Assembly (NCBI GenBank): GCA_016200495.1
Contig: JACQES010000074.1
Location: 177 to 64,176 of the forward strand
Length of the DNA stretch: 64,000 bases
Direction: 5' to 3'
Origin: Gemmatimonadota bacterium
Lineage (GTDB): Bacteria > Gemmatimonadota > Gemmatimonadetes > Gemmatimonadales > Gemmatimonadaceae
Part shown: in pieces, positions 8,645 to 17,290 of the stretch
Layout: each line of letters begins with the position of its first letter
Position numbering within the stretch: the first letter of the stretch is position 1
Program-made: the position numbers and the translations under genes
The notes under the pieces: generated by a model
Databases searched by the model: none
The model's input: only the letters and a program-made list of their open reading frames with translations
What the model was told of the DNA's origin: nothing

Positions 8645-9426
8645 CGCCCGCGATCGCGGGGATGCGCGTGGCGCTCGAGGCGGCCGCGCTGCTCGGCATG
8701 CTGGGCGTGCTGGCCGTCGCGCGCCGGCTCGGGCTGGGCGCGGAGTGGTCGCGCAAGCTCGCGCACGTCGGGCTCGGCGGCGCCGCGCTCGCGTGGCCGC
8801 TGCTGTTCGACGCGGCGTGGCCGGCGGCGGTGGTCGCGGCGCTCACGGTGATCGTGCTCGTCGCGCTGCGCGTGGTGCCGATGGCCGCACGCGCGGCCGG
8901 TGGCGCGGTGTGCGGCGTGTCGCGCCGCACCACGGGGGATCTCTGGTTTCCCGTCGCGGCGGCGAGCCTGTTCGCGCTCACGGGCGGCCATGCGCTCACG
9001 TACGCGGTGCCGGTGGCCACGCTGGCACTGGCCGATGCGGCGGCGGCGCTCGTCGGGCGCCGGTGGGGACGGCACCGGTTCCACGTGGGCGCGGCGCGCA
9101 AGAGCGTCGAGGGCTCGCTCGCCTTCGCGGGGGTCGCGTTCGTGATCGCGCTCGGGGGGCTGTCGCTCGCCCCCGACGGCGCGCTGGGGGTCTCGCGCGA
9201 CGCGACGCTCGCGCTCGGCGCGGCGCTCGCCTACGCCGCGGCCACCACGGTCGCTGAGGCGGTGTCCACGCACGGCCTCGACAACGTCACGGTGCCGTTC
9301 GCCGGCGCGACCGCGATGACGCTGCTGGTGGCGGACCCCGCCGCGGCGACGGTGCTGCTGTCGGCGAGTGCGGCGGCGGTGGCCGCGCTGGCCATCACGC
9401 CGCGCACGGAGGCGCGCGCCCGATGA
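8641..9426 (+). CDS. CTP-dependent prenol kinase / cytidylyltransferase family membrane protein (phytol kinase, dolichol kinase, CdsA superfamily)
   Basis: This is the 3' part of ORF 8251..9426. The GTG at 8641 overlaps the upstream TGA (GTGA). The protein is polytopic and hydrophobic. The motif GRRWGRHRF..ARKSVEGSLAFAG is typical of this superfamily. Confidence 0.8.
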   Translation: MTPAIAGMRVALEAAALLGMLGVLAVARRLGLGAEWSRKLAHVGLGGAALAWPLLFDAAWPAAVVAALTVIVLVALRVVPMAARAAGGAVCGVSRRTTGDLWFPVAAASLFALTGGHALTYAVPVATLALADAAAALVGRRWGRHRFHVGAARKSVEGSLAFAGVAFVIALGGLSLAPDGALGVSRDATLALGAALAYAAATTVAEAVSTHGLDNVTVPFAGATAMTLLVADPAAATVLLSASAAAVAALAITPRTEARAR

Positions 9427-10853
9427 ACTGCGCCGATCGCCTCCTCGCGCCCGTGGCGGACACGCCGACCCGCCTGGCGCTCTGGACGCCGCGCGACGGC
9501 GTCGTGACGTACGCCGAGTTCGCGCGACTGGCCGCCCAGGCGCAGGCGGTCGCGCGCGACGAGCGGTGGCGGCCGGCGGCGCCGGTGCTGCTGCTCGCGC
9601 AGCCGGACGCCGCGGTGCTCGCCACGGTGGTGGGACTGATGGGCCTCGGCATTCCCGTGCTCTTCGTCGAGCCGTGGCTCCCGCTGGCCGAGATCGCGCA
9701 CGTGCTGCGCCTGGCGCCCCCTCAGGGGTTCATCGCGGGGCGGCTCGGACAGCTGTGGGGGCTGCGCATGCGCGCGGTGCGCGCGATTCCCTCGTGGGTG
9801 CCGCTCGCGCGCGTGGCGCGCCGCCCCGCGCCCTCGCCGCTCGTGATGGACGACCTGGCGGGCGAGCACGTGGCCACGATCGCGTTCTCGTCCGGCACGA
9901 CGGGCCGCCCGAAGGGGCTCGTGCGCACGCACGCGCACATGCGGGCGCTGCACGACGCGCTGGGCGGCACGCCAGATCGCCTGGTCGCGGCGGGGCCCGA
10001 CCTCGCGATCTTCCCCAACTTCGCCCTGCTGCACATCGGCAGCGGTCGTGGTGCGCTGCTCGTGCCGCCGGAGCGTCGCGCGCGCACGCTGCGCCAGGTG
10101 GCGGCGCTGCCGCGCGCACTCAGGCCGACCTCGTGCACGTGCGGGCCGGCCGTGCTCGCGGCCCTCACCGCGCAGGCCGCCGACGGCGCATTCGCGACGC
10201 TGCGTGCCCTGCACGTGGGCGGCGCCTCGACCGACTGCCTCACGTTCGAGCGCGCCTTCGCGCGCTGGCCCGACGCGCACGTGACGCACCTCTACGGCGG
10301 CAGCGAGGTCGAACCCGCCGCGCTCGCCGACGCGCGCGAGGCGGTGCGCCTGAGCCGAGCGCGCGGCTACATCCAGACGCTCGCGCTGGGCGCCCCGCAC
10401 GAAGCGCTCCGCACGCGCCTCTCCGACGATGGATTGTGGGTGAGCGGCCCGACGGTGGCGCCGGCCGGCATCGGCGAGGCGGCGGAGCTCGCGCGCACGC
10501 TCACGACTGACGCCGAGGGTCGCACCTGGCGCTGCACCGGCGACCGGATCGCGGCCGACGCGGACGGCTGGTGGTTCGCGGGGCGCGCGTCGCAGCCGGC
10601 CGACGAGTTCGCGCTCGAGCAACGGATCTACGCGGCGCTCGGTACGACGGCCTGCTTCGTCGCGCGCGACGCGCGCGGGCGGCTCGGCCTGTACGGCGAG
10701 GGCATCATTCGGGCGGTCCGGCTCGAGGGCGACGACTTCGCACGGGCGTTTCCCGAGGTGGACGTGGTCCGCGACGTGCGCATCGCGCGCGACCGGCGGC
10801 ATGGCGCGCGCATCGACCGGTCGCGGTCGCTCGCGCTGGCGGAGGCGGCATGA
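9423..10853 (+). CDS. Adenylate-forming enzyme (AMP-dependent synthetase/ligase, ANL superfamily)
   Basis: 476-aa ORF. The ATG overlaps the upstream stop (ATGA). The core motif IAFSSGTTGRPKGLVRTH is present, as are YGGSEVE and a C-terminal GDR...DGWWFAGR pattern. Confidence 0.88.
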   Translation: MNCADRLLAPVADTPTRLALWTPRDGVVTYAEFARLAAQAQAVARDERWRPAAPVLLLAQPDAAVLATVVGLMGLGIPVLFVEPWLPLAEIAHVLRLAPPQGFIAGRLGQLWGLRMRAVRAIPSWVPLARVARRPAPSPLVMDDLAGEHVATIAFSSGTTGRPKGLVRTHAHMRALHDALGGTPDRLVAAGPDLAIFPNFALLHIGSGRGALLVPPERRARTLRQVAALPRALRPTSCTCGPAVLAALTAQAADGAFATLRALHVGGASTDCLTFERAFARWPDAHVTHLYGGSEVEPAALADAREAVRLSRARGYIQTLALGAPHEALRTRLSDDGLWVSGPTVAPAGIGEAAELARTLTTDAEGRTWRCTGDRIAADADGWWFAGRASQPADEFALEQRIYAALGTTACFVARDARGRLGLYGEGIIRAVRLEGDDFARAFPEVDVVRDVRIARDRRHGARIDRSRSLALAEAA

Positions 10854-11887
10854 GCGCGCCGCGGGTGATGCGCGTCGAGACGGACGCGTGGCGGGGAGCG
10901 GACGCCCGACGCGGTGCCGCCGCGCGCGACGTGGCCGCCGCCCGGCCGTCCGGCGCGTCGCCGTGGCGCACCTTCCTGCGCGAGCGCGCGCCGCTGCCGC
11001 TGATGCTCGCGCTTGGCGCGGGACAGGCGCTCTCGTCGTGGGCGCTGTCGCGCGGGCCCGTGCGCGTGGCGCCGCTCATTGTCGGCACGCTCGGCATCGC
11101 CGGCCTGCTCGTCCTGCTGCGCCTCATGGACGAGGTGAAGGACGTGGCCAAGGATCGCGTCGCGCACCCGGAGCGTCCGCTGCCGCGCGGGCTGGTGCGC
11201 GAGTCGATCGTGCGCGCGGTGATCGGCCGGGCGTGGTGGATGGCGTGCGCGGTTTCGCTGGTGGCGTTGGCGGGGCCGATGGTGCGTGCCGTGCTGGGCG
11301 CCACGGATTCGAACGTCAGTCCGGTCGCGGCCATCCTGTCCGCCCTGCGCGCGACGCCCGCCGCAGTGGCCGCCCTCGCCGCCCTCGCGTGGGCGTGGCT
11401 CATGTACCGCGAGTTCGGTGCGCCGCGGTGGCTGGCGCGCAGCGCGTTCGCGTACGGCATGGTGCACCAGCTGGTGCTCGTGCCGATGTACGCCTTCACC
11501 CTGCTTGCGTGGACGCCGGACGCGGCCGCGCTCGCGCGCGGTGCGTGGTGGACGGCCGGCGGACTCGGCGCCGGCTTCGCGTTCGAGATCGCGCGCAAGC
11601 TCGATCCGGGGGCGCTCCCGGTGCTCGGCACGTACCTCGTGCGGCATGGTCGCGTTCCGACCTTCGCGGCGCTCGGCGTGGTGCTCGTGCTGGTCGTGAC
11701 GACCGCGAGCGGCGCCGGCATCGCGCCGTTCGTGTGGCCCGTCAGCGCGCTTGCCACGCTCGCGCTCATCATCACGCTCGTCCGTCCCGCCGCGCACGCG
11801 CACCTCGCGCGTGCCGCGGGCGCCCTCGTGGTCACTCAACTGCTCGCGCCGCTCCTCGCGCGGGCGTGGGAGGTGCTGGTCGCATGA
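10850..11887 (+). CDS. UbiA-superfamily prenyl/alkyl transferase-like membrane protein
   Basis: This is the 3' part of ORF 10571..11887. The ATG at 10850 overlaps the upstream TGA (ATGA). The first Asp-rich motif LMDEVKDVAKDRVAHPERPLPRG is present. The protein has about 8 hydrophobic helices. The second Asp-rich motif is degenerate (FEIARKLD). Confidence 0.78.
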   Translation: MSAPRVMRVETDAWRGADARRGAAARDVAAARPSGASPWRTFLRERAPLPLMLALGAGQALSSWALSRGPVRVAPLIVGTLGIAGLLVLLRLMDEVKDVAKDRVAHPERPLPRGLVRESIVRAVIGRAWWMACAVSLVALAGPMVRAVLGATDSNVSPVAAILSALRATPAAVAALAALAWAWLMYREFGAPRWLARSAFAYGMVHQLVLVPMYAFTLLAWTPDAAALARGAWWTAGGLGAGFAFEIARKLDPGALPVLGTYLVRHGRVPTFAALGVVLVLVVTTASGAGIAPFVWPVSALATLALIITLVRPAAHAHLARAAGALVVTQLLAPLLARAWEVLVA

Positions 11888-14643
11888 CGACGTTCATTCC
11901 CGAAGCCGAACCGGCGGTGCTCGACGTGCGCGCCGGCGCCGAGCAGGACCGTCGCCGTACCGCCCTCGACGCCGAATGCGGCGGCAAGGCGGCCAACCTC
12001 GCGCGCCTCGATGCGCTTGGCATGGCCGTGCCGCCCTGGTTCTGCGTGGCCGCCACGCACTTCGACCAGGTGCGCAACGCGCTCGGGCTCGAGGCGCTCG
12101 CACGGCGCGGGGCGTCGGATGCGGCCGTCGAGGCCGACGTGCGCGAGCGCTTGAGGGCCGCGTGTTTCCCGGATTCGCTGCGTGCGGAGATCGCGGAGCA
12201 GCTTCGGCAGCTCGGCCTCGCCGATGCGCTCGTCGCCGTCCGGTCGAGTGGCCTCGAGGAAGACGGCGCCACGCATTCGTTCGCCGGACAGTTCGAGAGC
12301 GTGCTGGGGGTGCGTGGCGTGGACGCCGTGTGCGAGGCCGTGACGCGATGCTGGGCGTCCGCGTACGGCGCGCGCCATCGCGCCTACCGCCGGCACGCGG
12401 GGCTCGAGGGCGCCGCGCCGCGCATGGCGGTGGTCATCCAGCAGCTCGTGGCGGCCGACTGCGCCGGCGTCGCGTTCTCGCGCAATCCGCTCGCGCCGCT
12501 TGACGTCGCGCACGCGATCGTCGAGAGCGTGTGGGGGCTGGGTGAGGGGCTGGTGAGCGGCGCGGTGGACGCCGACCGCTTCGTCGTGCATCGCACGAGC
12601 TACGAGGTGCAGCGCACGGTCGCCGACAAGGCCTCGGCGTTCGTGACCGCGCCGGATGGCGGCGCTCGCGCGGTGCCGCTCGACCTCGCGCGCCTCGAGC
12701 GCGCGTCGCTCACCGACGCGCAGGCGCGGTCCGTCGCCGCGCTCGCGCTCCGGCTCGAGCACGCTTTCGGCGCGCCGCAGGACTGCGAGTGGGCCTTTGC
12801 CGACGGGCGCCTCTGGCTCCTGCAGGCGCGGCCCATCACGGCCCTGCCGCCGGCCGCGCTGTTCGACCCCGCCATCGGCGGCGCGATGCCCGTCATCTGG
12901 GACAACGCCAACATCATCGAGAGCTACGCCGGCGTCACGACGCCGCTCACCTTCAGCCACGTGAGCCGCTGCTACCGCGCGGTGTACGTGCAGTTCTGCC
13001 GCGTGATGGGAGTGAGCGAGGCGGTCATCGCCGCCAACGAGCCGATGTTCCGCAACATGCTCGGCCTCGTGCGCGGGCGCGTGTACTACAACCTCGTCAA
13101 CTGGTACCGCCTGCTCGCGCTGCTCCCGGGAGTCGCCCATAGCCGCGGCTTCATGGAAACGATGATGGGGGTGCGGCAGGGCCTCACCGCCGAGCTCGCG
13201 CGCCTGTTCGACGACGCGCTCGCCGCCCCGCCGCTGCCGTGGTGGCGGCGCGCGACGGTCGCGGTGGTCACCGCGTGGCGCGTGCTGCGCGCCCGCGCGC
13301 TCAACCGCGCCTTCCTCGCGCGCATGGCGCACGTCGTGCGCCCGCTGCAGGACGCCGACCTGGCGTCGCGTCCGCTGTCCGACCTGCTCGCCCTCTACGA
13401 CCGCCTCGACCGCGAGATCCTGCAGCGCTGGCAGGCGCCGATCGTCACCGATTTCCGCTGCCTGCTCGCCTTCGGGCTGCTCAAGTCGCTCACGGTGCGC
13501 TGGCTCGACGCGGCCGATGCCCCGTCGCTGCAGAACGACCTCCTTTGCGGCGACGGCTCGCTCTTGAGCGTCGAGCCGACGCGTCGCCTGCTCGCCATCG
13601 CCCACGGCATCGAGCGCGGCGACGCCGGCTTCCGGCAGCGCGTCCTCGCCGCCACCCCGGCGCAGTTCCAGCGGATGCTCAAGCGCCGGGAGGCGCCCGC
13701 CACGAGTGACGCGTTCGCGCGCTTCATCGCCGACTTCGGCTTCCGCTGTGCCGACGAGCTCAAGCTCGAGTCGCCCGACCTGCACGACGACCCGACCTTC
13801 GCGCTCGCCACGATCCAGCAGTATGTGCGCGACGGCGCGCCCGCGCGCACCGGCGACGGCGCCGCCGAGGCCCGGATCCGCGCCGCGGCCGAGTCGCGCG
13901 TGCGCGCCACGCTGCGCGGTCCCCGCCGGTGGGTCTATCGCGCCGTGCTCGCGTGGGCGCGCCGGGCCGTGCGCGACCGCGAGCAGCTGCGCTTCGAGCG
14001 CACGCGCGTCTTCGGCGTCTCGCGGCGCATCTTCCGCGCGATCGGGCTCCGGCTGTCGCAGCTGGGCGCCATCGCGCAGCCCGACGACGTCTTCTACCTC
14101 GGCATCGAGGAGCTCTTCGCCTGGCACGAGGGGCGCGCGCTCACGGCCGACCTGCGCCCGACGATCGCCGCGCGTCGCGCCGAGTTCGAGGGCTATCGCC
14201 GCACCGCCGCACCGCCCGATCGCCTCCTCACGCGCGGGCCCGCGAGCGGCATGATGGCGCATCCCGCCGTGCTCGCCGCCGGCGACTTGCTCGTGCGCGA
14301 GGCGGCTGCAGCAAGCGCGGACGCCTCGCGCCTCACCGGCACGCCGTGCTCGCCCGGCGTCGTCGAGGGGGTCGTGCGCGTCGCGCGCACGATCGCCGAG
14401 GCGCAGGGGATCGCCGGCGAGATCCTCGTCACCGAGCGCACCGACCCGGGCTGGGTGCCGCTCTTCCCGAGCTGCGCGGGCCTCGTCGTCGAGCGCGGCA
14501 GCCTGCTGTCGCACTCGGCCGTCGTCGCCCGCGAACTCGGCCTGCCCACCATCGTCGGCGTGACCGGCCGGCCACTCGAGCGGCTACGCACCGGTCAGCG
14601 CATCCGCATGGACGCCACGCGCGGGGAGATCACCATCCTATGA
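11884..14643 (+). CDS. PEP-utilising phosphotransferase with rifampicin-phosphotransferase-like architecture (PPDK_N ATP-grasp, about 450-aa helical middle domain, swivel phospho-His domain)
   Basis: This is the 3' part of ORF 10801..14643. The ATG at 11884 overlaps the upstream TGA (ATGA). N-terminal motifs: GGKAANLARL, VAVRSSGLEEDG..SFAGQFES, MAVVIQQLV, DCEWAF.DGRLWLLQARPIT. C-terminal motif: ILVTERTDPGWVPLFPSCAGLVVERGSLLSHSAVVARELGLPTIVG, which contains the catalytic His. No PEP-binding TIM-barrel domain is present. Confidence 0.88.
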   Translation: MTTFIPEAEPAVLDVRAGAEQDRRRTALDAECGGKAANLARLDALGMAVPPWFCVAATHFDQVRNALGLEALARRGASDAAVEADVRERLRAACFPDSLRAEIAEQLRQLGLADALVAVRSSGLEEDGATHSFAGQFESVLGVRGVDAVCEAVTRCWASAYGARHRAYRRHAGLEGAAPRMAVVIQQLVAADCAGVAFSRNPLAPLDVAHAIVESVWGLGEGLVSGAVDADRFVVHRTSYEVQRTVADKASAFVTAPDGGARAVPLDLARLERASLTDAQARSVAALALRLEHAFGAPQDCEWAFADGRLWLLQARPITALPPAALFDPAIGGAMPVIWDNANIIESYAGVTTPLTFSHVSRCYRAVYVQFCRVMGVSEAVIAANEPMFRNMLGLVRGRVYYNLVNWYRLLALLPGVAHSRGFMETMMGVRQGLTAELARLFDDALAAPPLPWWRRATVAVVTAWRVLRARALNRAFLARMAHVVRPLQDADLASRPLSDLLALYDRLDREILQRWQAPIVTDFRCLLAFGLLKSLTVRWLDAADAPSLQNDLLCGDGSLLSVEPTRRLLAIAHGIERGDAGFRQRVLAATPAQFQRMLKRREAPATSDAFARFIADFGFRCADELKLESPDLHDDPTFALATIQQYVRDGAPARTGDGAAEARIRAAAESRVRATLRGPRRWVYRAVLAWARRAVRDREQLRFERTRVFGVSRRIFRAIGLRLSQLGAIAQPDDVFYLGIEELFAWHEGRALTADLRPTIAARRAEFEGYRRTAAPPDRLLTRGPASGMMAHPAVLAAGDLLVREAAAASADASRLTGTPCSPGVVEGVVRVARTIAEAQGIAGEILVTERTDPGWVPLFPSCAGLVVERGSLLSHSAVVARELGLPTIVGVTGRPLERLRTGQRIRMDATRGEITIL

Positions 14644-15743
14644 CGCTCACCAACACCTTCACGGTCGTCGGCGCCAGCACCCTCGATCCCTACGCGCGTG
14701 CGGCGTTCACGCAGCGCCTCGTGGCCCTGGGGGGCGTGCTCCGGCGCAGCGCGACGGCGGCCTTCGCCCCGTCGCCCGAGTACGCGCAGCGCGTCGTCGC
14801 CCTCGCCGGGCGCCGGCAGGCGGAGCTGCTCGGTGTGCTCGACGGCGAGAGCGTCATCGCGCGCGGGCTCGTGGCCGTTTCGACGAGCGATCCCTCGACC
14901 GCCACGCTTGGCCTCTACGAAGTGGTCGCGGGCGAGCGCGCCCCGTTGGCCGCGCAACTGCTCGCGGAGGCGGCGCGCGCGTGGGCCGCGCAGCGCGGCT
15001 GCACGCGCCTCGTGGCGCCCGTGGACCTCAACAGCTGGTTCCAGTACCGCACGCTCACGCCGCCCACCGGCGCCGCGGCAGCCGACGGGCCGTTCTTCTG
15101 GGAGCCGGTCACGCCACCCGCGCACACGGCGCTGCTCGAGGCCACCGGCTTCGCCGTCACCGAGCGCTACCACAGCCTCGTGACCGCGTACGATCCGCGC
15201 GCGCTGGCGCACGGACTCGTGATGCACGCGGACGCGACCGAACGCGTGCGCGCCGCGCGCGTGACGCTGTCCGCGGTCGGAAGCGCGCCGAGCGACGCGC
15301 TCCTGGACGAGATCGGCCGCCTGTCGAACATCGCGTTCGCGCAGAACCCGCTGTTCGAACCGCTCCCGCTCGATCTCTTCCGCGCGCAGTACCGCCAGAT
15401 GGCCGCGCGTGTCGACCACGGGCCGTCGCAGCTCGCGCGCGATGCGCACGGGCACCTGGTCGGCTTCCTCTTCGCATTCGTGGATGGCCCGACCGCCTGC
15501 ATCAAGACTGCGGCCGTCGCCGCCGACGTGCGAAACGCCGGCCTCATGTCGGCCATGCACCATCGCGCGATCACCAACCTCATCGGCCGGCCGCTTACCA
15601 CCGTGGCGTGGGCGCCGTTCCTCGAGGGCAACTGGACCGGCCGCCTCGCGCGCGACTACGTGCGCGGCCCCGAGGTCCTGCGCCAGCGCGACTACGCGCT
15701 CTGGTCGAGCCCATGCGACGCGCAGGCGCTGGCCGGATGGTGA
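14640..15743 (+). CDS. GNAT-like acyltransferase-fold protein (tentative); last gene of the operon
   Basis: This is the 3' part of ORF 13929..15743. The ATG at 14640 overlaps the upstream TGA (ATGA). Composition is normal. HLVGFLFAFVDG...AAVAADVRNAGLMSAMHHRAI resembles the GNAT acyl-CoA-binding core. The functional call needs a profile search. Confidence 0.7.
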   Translation: MTLTNTFTVVGASTLDPYARAAFTQRLVALGGVLRRSATAAFAPSPEYAQRVVALAGRRQAELLGVLDGESVIARGLVAVSTSDPSTATLGLYEVVAGERAPLAAQLLAEAARAWAAQRGCTRLVAPVDLNSWFQYRTLTPPTGAAAADGPFFWEPVTPPAHTALLEATGFAVTERYHSLVTAYDPRALAHGLVMHADATERVRAARVTLSAVGSAPSDALLDEIGRLSNIAFAQNPLFEPLPLDLFRAQYRQMAARVDHGPSQLARDAHGHLVGFLFAFVDGPTACIKTAAVAADVRNAGLMSAMHHRAITNLIGRPLTTVAWAPFLEGNWTGRLARDYVRGPEVLRQRDYALWSSPCDAQALAGW

Positions 15744-15879
15744 GTCGCCACGCACCGCCACCCTGACTGGGCGCCTTTTGGCGCCACTGCCGAGCGATCC
15801 GGGCTGATGCGCGCTGCCCGGTCGCGCGGTCCCCACCCCCATGACCCGCCGCGGCGGGTCCGCGCAGAAGGAGCAGACC

Positions 15880-17163
15880 ATGACACCCCACATCACCCGC
15901 GCCCTGCTGTCGTCCCTCATCGTGCTCGCGGCCTGCGCCGACCGGGACGTCGCGAGTCCCGTGAGCCCGGCGCCGGGCACCACCATGTCGGAGTCCGAGG
16001 GGCGCGGCGCGTTCCAGCGCTACGTCGCCATCGGCACCAGCGTCTCCGAGGGCTGGGCCAGCGACGGCCTCACCGGCGCGTCGCAGCGCGACTCGTGGCC
16101 GCGCCAGCTCGCGCGCCTCGCGCATCGCGACATCACGCAGCCGTACGTGCAGGATCCCGGTTGCCGTCCGCCCCTCCTCGCGCCGCTCGCCGCCGGCGCG
16201 CGACTCGGCGGGTACCCCGCGGCGCCGACCCCCTTCTTCTGTGCGCCGCTCGAGGCCGACGTCTCGCTGCCGACGCAGAACCTCGCGATCGTCTCGTCCA
16301 CCACGCTCGAGGCGCTCACCACGACGCCCGAGGGGATGACCGATCCCGAGCGCACAGGCATCTTCGCGCGCACGCTGCCCCCGGGCATGACGCAGGTGAG
16401 CGCGATGATGGCGCAGAACCCCAAGTTCGTGTCGGTGGAGTTCGGCGCGAACGAGATCCTCGCCGTGCACTTCGGCTTCTACGCGCCCGGGGTGAACGTC
16501 TTCCCGGTCGCCGCGTGGAAGCCCCTCTACCGGCAGTTGATCGACTCCGTGGCCAAGGCCACGCGGCAGGGCGTCGTCGTCGGGCTGATTGACGACATGC
16601 GCAACTTCCCGGCCTTCCGGAGCGGTCCGGAACTCTGGGCCGAGCGCGCGACGTTCGCGTCGTTCAACGTCGTGCTCTCGCCCGACTGCGCCACCACCAC
16701 CAACTGGTTCTTCGTCCCGTCGGTGGTCCCGATCGCCATCGGCACGGGCGCGTACTATGCGTCGCACGGGTTCGGCCCGTACACCTACACCTGCGCCGAC
16801 CAGGGCGGCCTGGTCGAGGACGGCGTGCTGTCGGCGGCCGACGTCGCCGCCACCAACGCGCAGTTGGCCGAGATGAACACGGAAATCGAGGCGCAGGCGC
16901 GCCGCATCGGCTTCGCGTACTTCAAGCTGTCCGCGCTCTACGAGCGCCCGGACGTGCGTGTCGATTTCTCGGTGGGCCGCCAGCTCACGACCAGCGAGCC
17001 ATACGGGCCGTACTTCAGCCTCGACGGTCTGCACCCGAGCGCGCTGGGCCACGCCGTGCTCGCCGCGGCCGCCGCCCGGGCGATCAACCGGCGGTACGAC
17101 TTCGACATCCCCGTGCCCGCCGACAGCTGGCACGGCGTCGTGGCCGCGCGGCACGACCGCTGA
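15880..17163 (+). CDS. Exported SGNH/GDSL-family hydrolase lipoprotein
   Basis: ORF 15841..17163. The ATG at 15880 follows GAAGGAG (15867-15873). A lipobox is present (LIVLAAC). VAIGTSVSEGW is a GDS-like block, and a C-terminal DGLHPS is present. Confidence 0.82.
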   Translation: MTPHITRALLSSLIVLAACADRDVASPVSPAPGTTMSESEGRGAFQRYVAIGTSVSEGWASDGLTGASQRDSWPRQLARLAHRDITQPYVQDPGCRPPLLAPLAAGARLGGYPAAPTPFFCAPLEADVSLPTQNLAIVSSTTLEALTTTPEGMTDPERTGIFARTLPPGMTQVSAMMAQNPKFVSVEFGANEILAVHFGFYAPGVNVFPVAAWKPLYRQLIDSVAKATRQGVVVGLIDDMRNFPAFRSGPELWAERATFASFNVVLSPDCATTTNWFFVPSVVPIAIGTGAYYASHGFGPYTYTCADQGGLVEDGVLSAADVAATNAQLAEMNTEIEAQARRIGFAYFKLSALYERPDVRVDFSVGRQLTTSEPYGPYFSLDGLHPSALGHAVLAAAAARAINRRYDFDIPVPADSWHGVVAARHDR

Positions 17164-17290
17164 GCCGGTGCCTCCGGCGTGCCACGCTGTCCGGTGGCAC
17201 GCCGGATGGCCGATGTCCGCTGTTCCACTCTCGCCCTCGGCGCGCACCCGTCGCAACTTGAAGCATCCCGCCCGCCGAGGACGTGCGTCC

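Noticed and set aside
11305-11314. GGATTCGAAC, resembling a tRNA T-arm.
   Set aside because: It lies inside the UbiA-like coding frame, and no acceptor stem or anticodon arm can be built around it. I found no tRNA or rRNA genes anywhere in the window.
10801-11883. Long 5' extensions of track ORFs, for example 10801..14643, 13929..15743, 2426..4120, 8251..9426, 59970..62855, 48764..51343 and 20500..23334.
   Set aside because: The upstream parts are Arg/Ala-rich junk that overlaps the real upstream gene in another frame. In each case a start codon sits exactly at a 1-8 nt overlap with the preceding stop, or behind a GGAG-type site, and normal protein composition begins from there.
6208-15743. 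Interpreting the operon as a mevalonate pathway or as archaeal-type ether-lipid synthesis (HMGR plus UbiA plus a CTP-transferase-like gene).
   Set aside because: The window contains no HMG-CoA synthase, mevalonate kinase or decarboxylase, GGGP synthase or glycerol-1-phosphate dehydrogenase. The idea stays as a speculative alternative and is not claimed.
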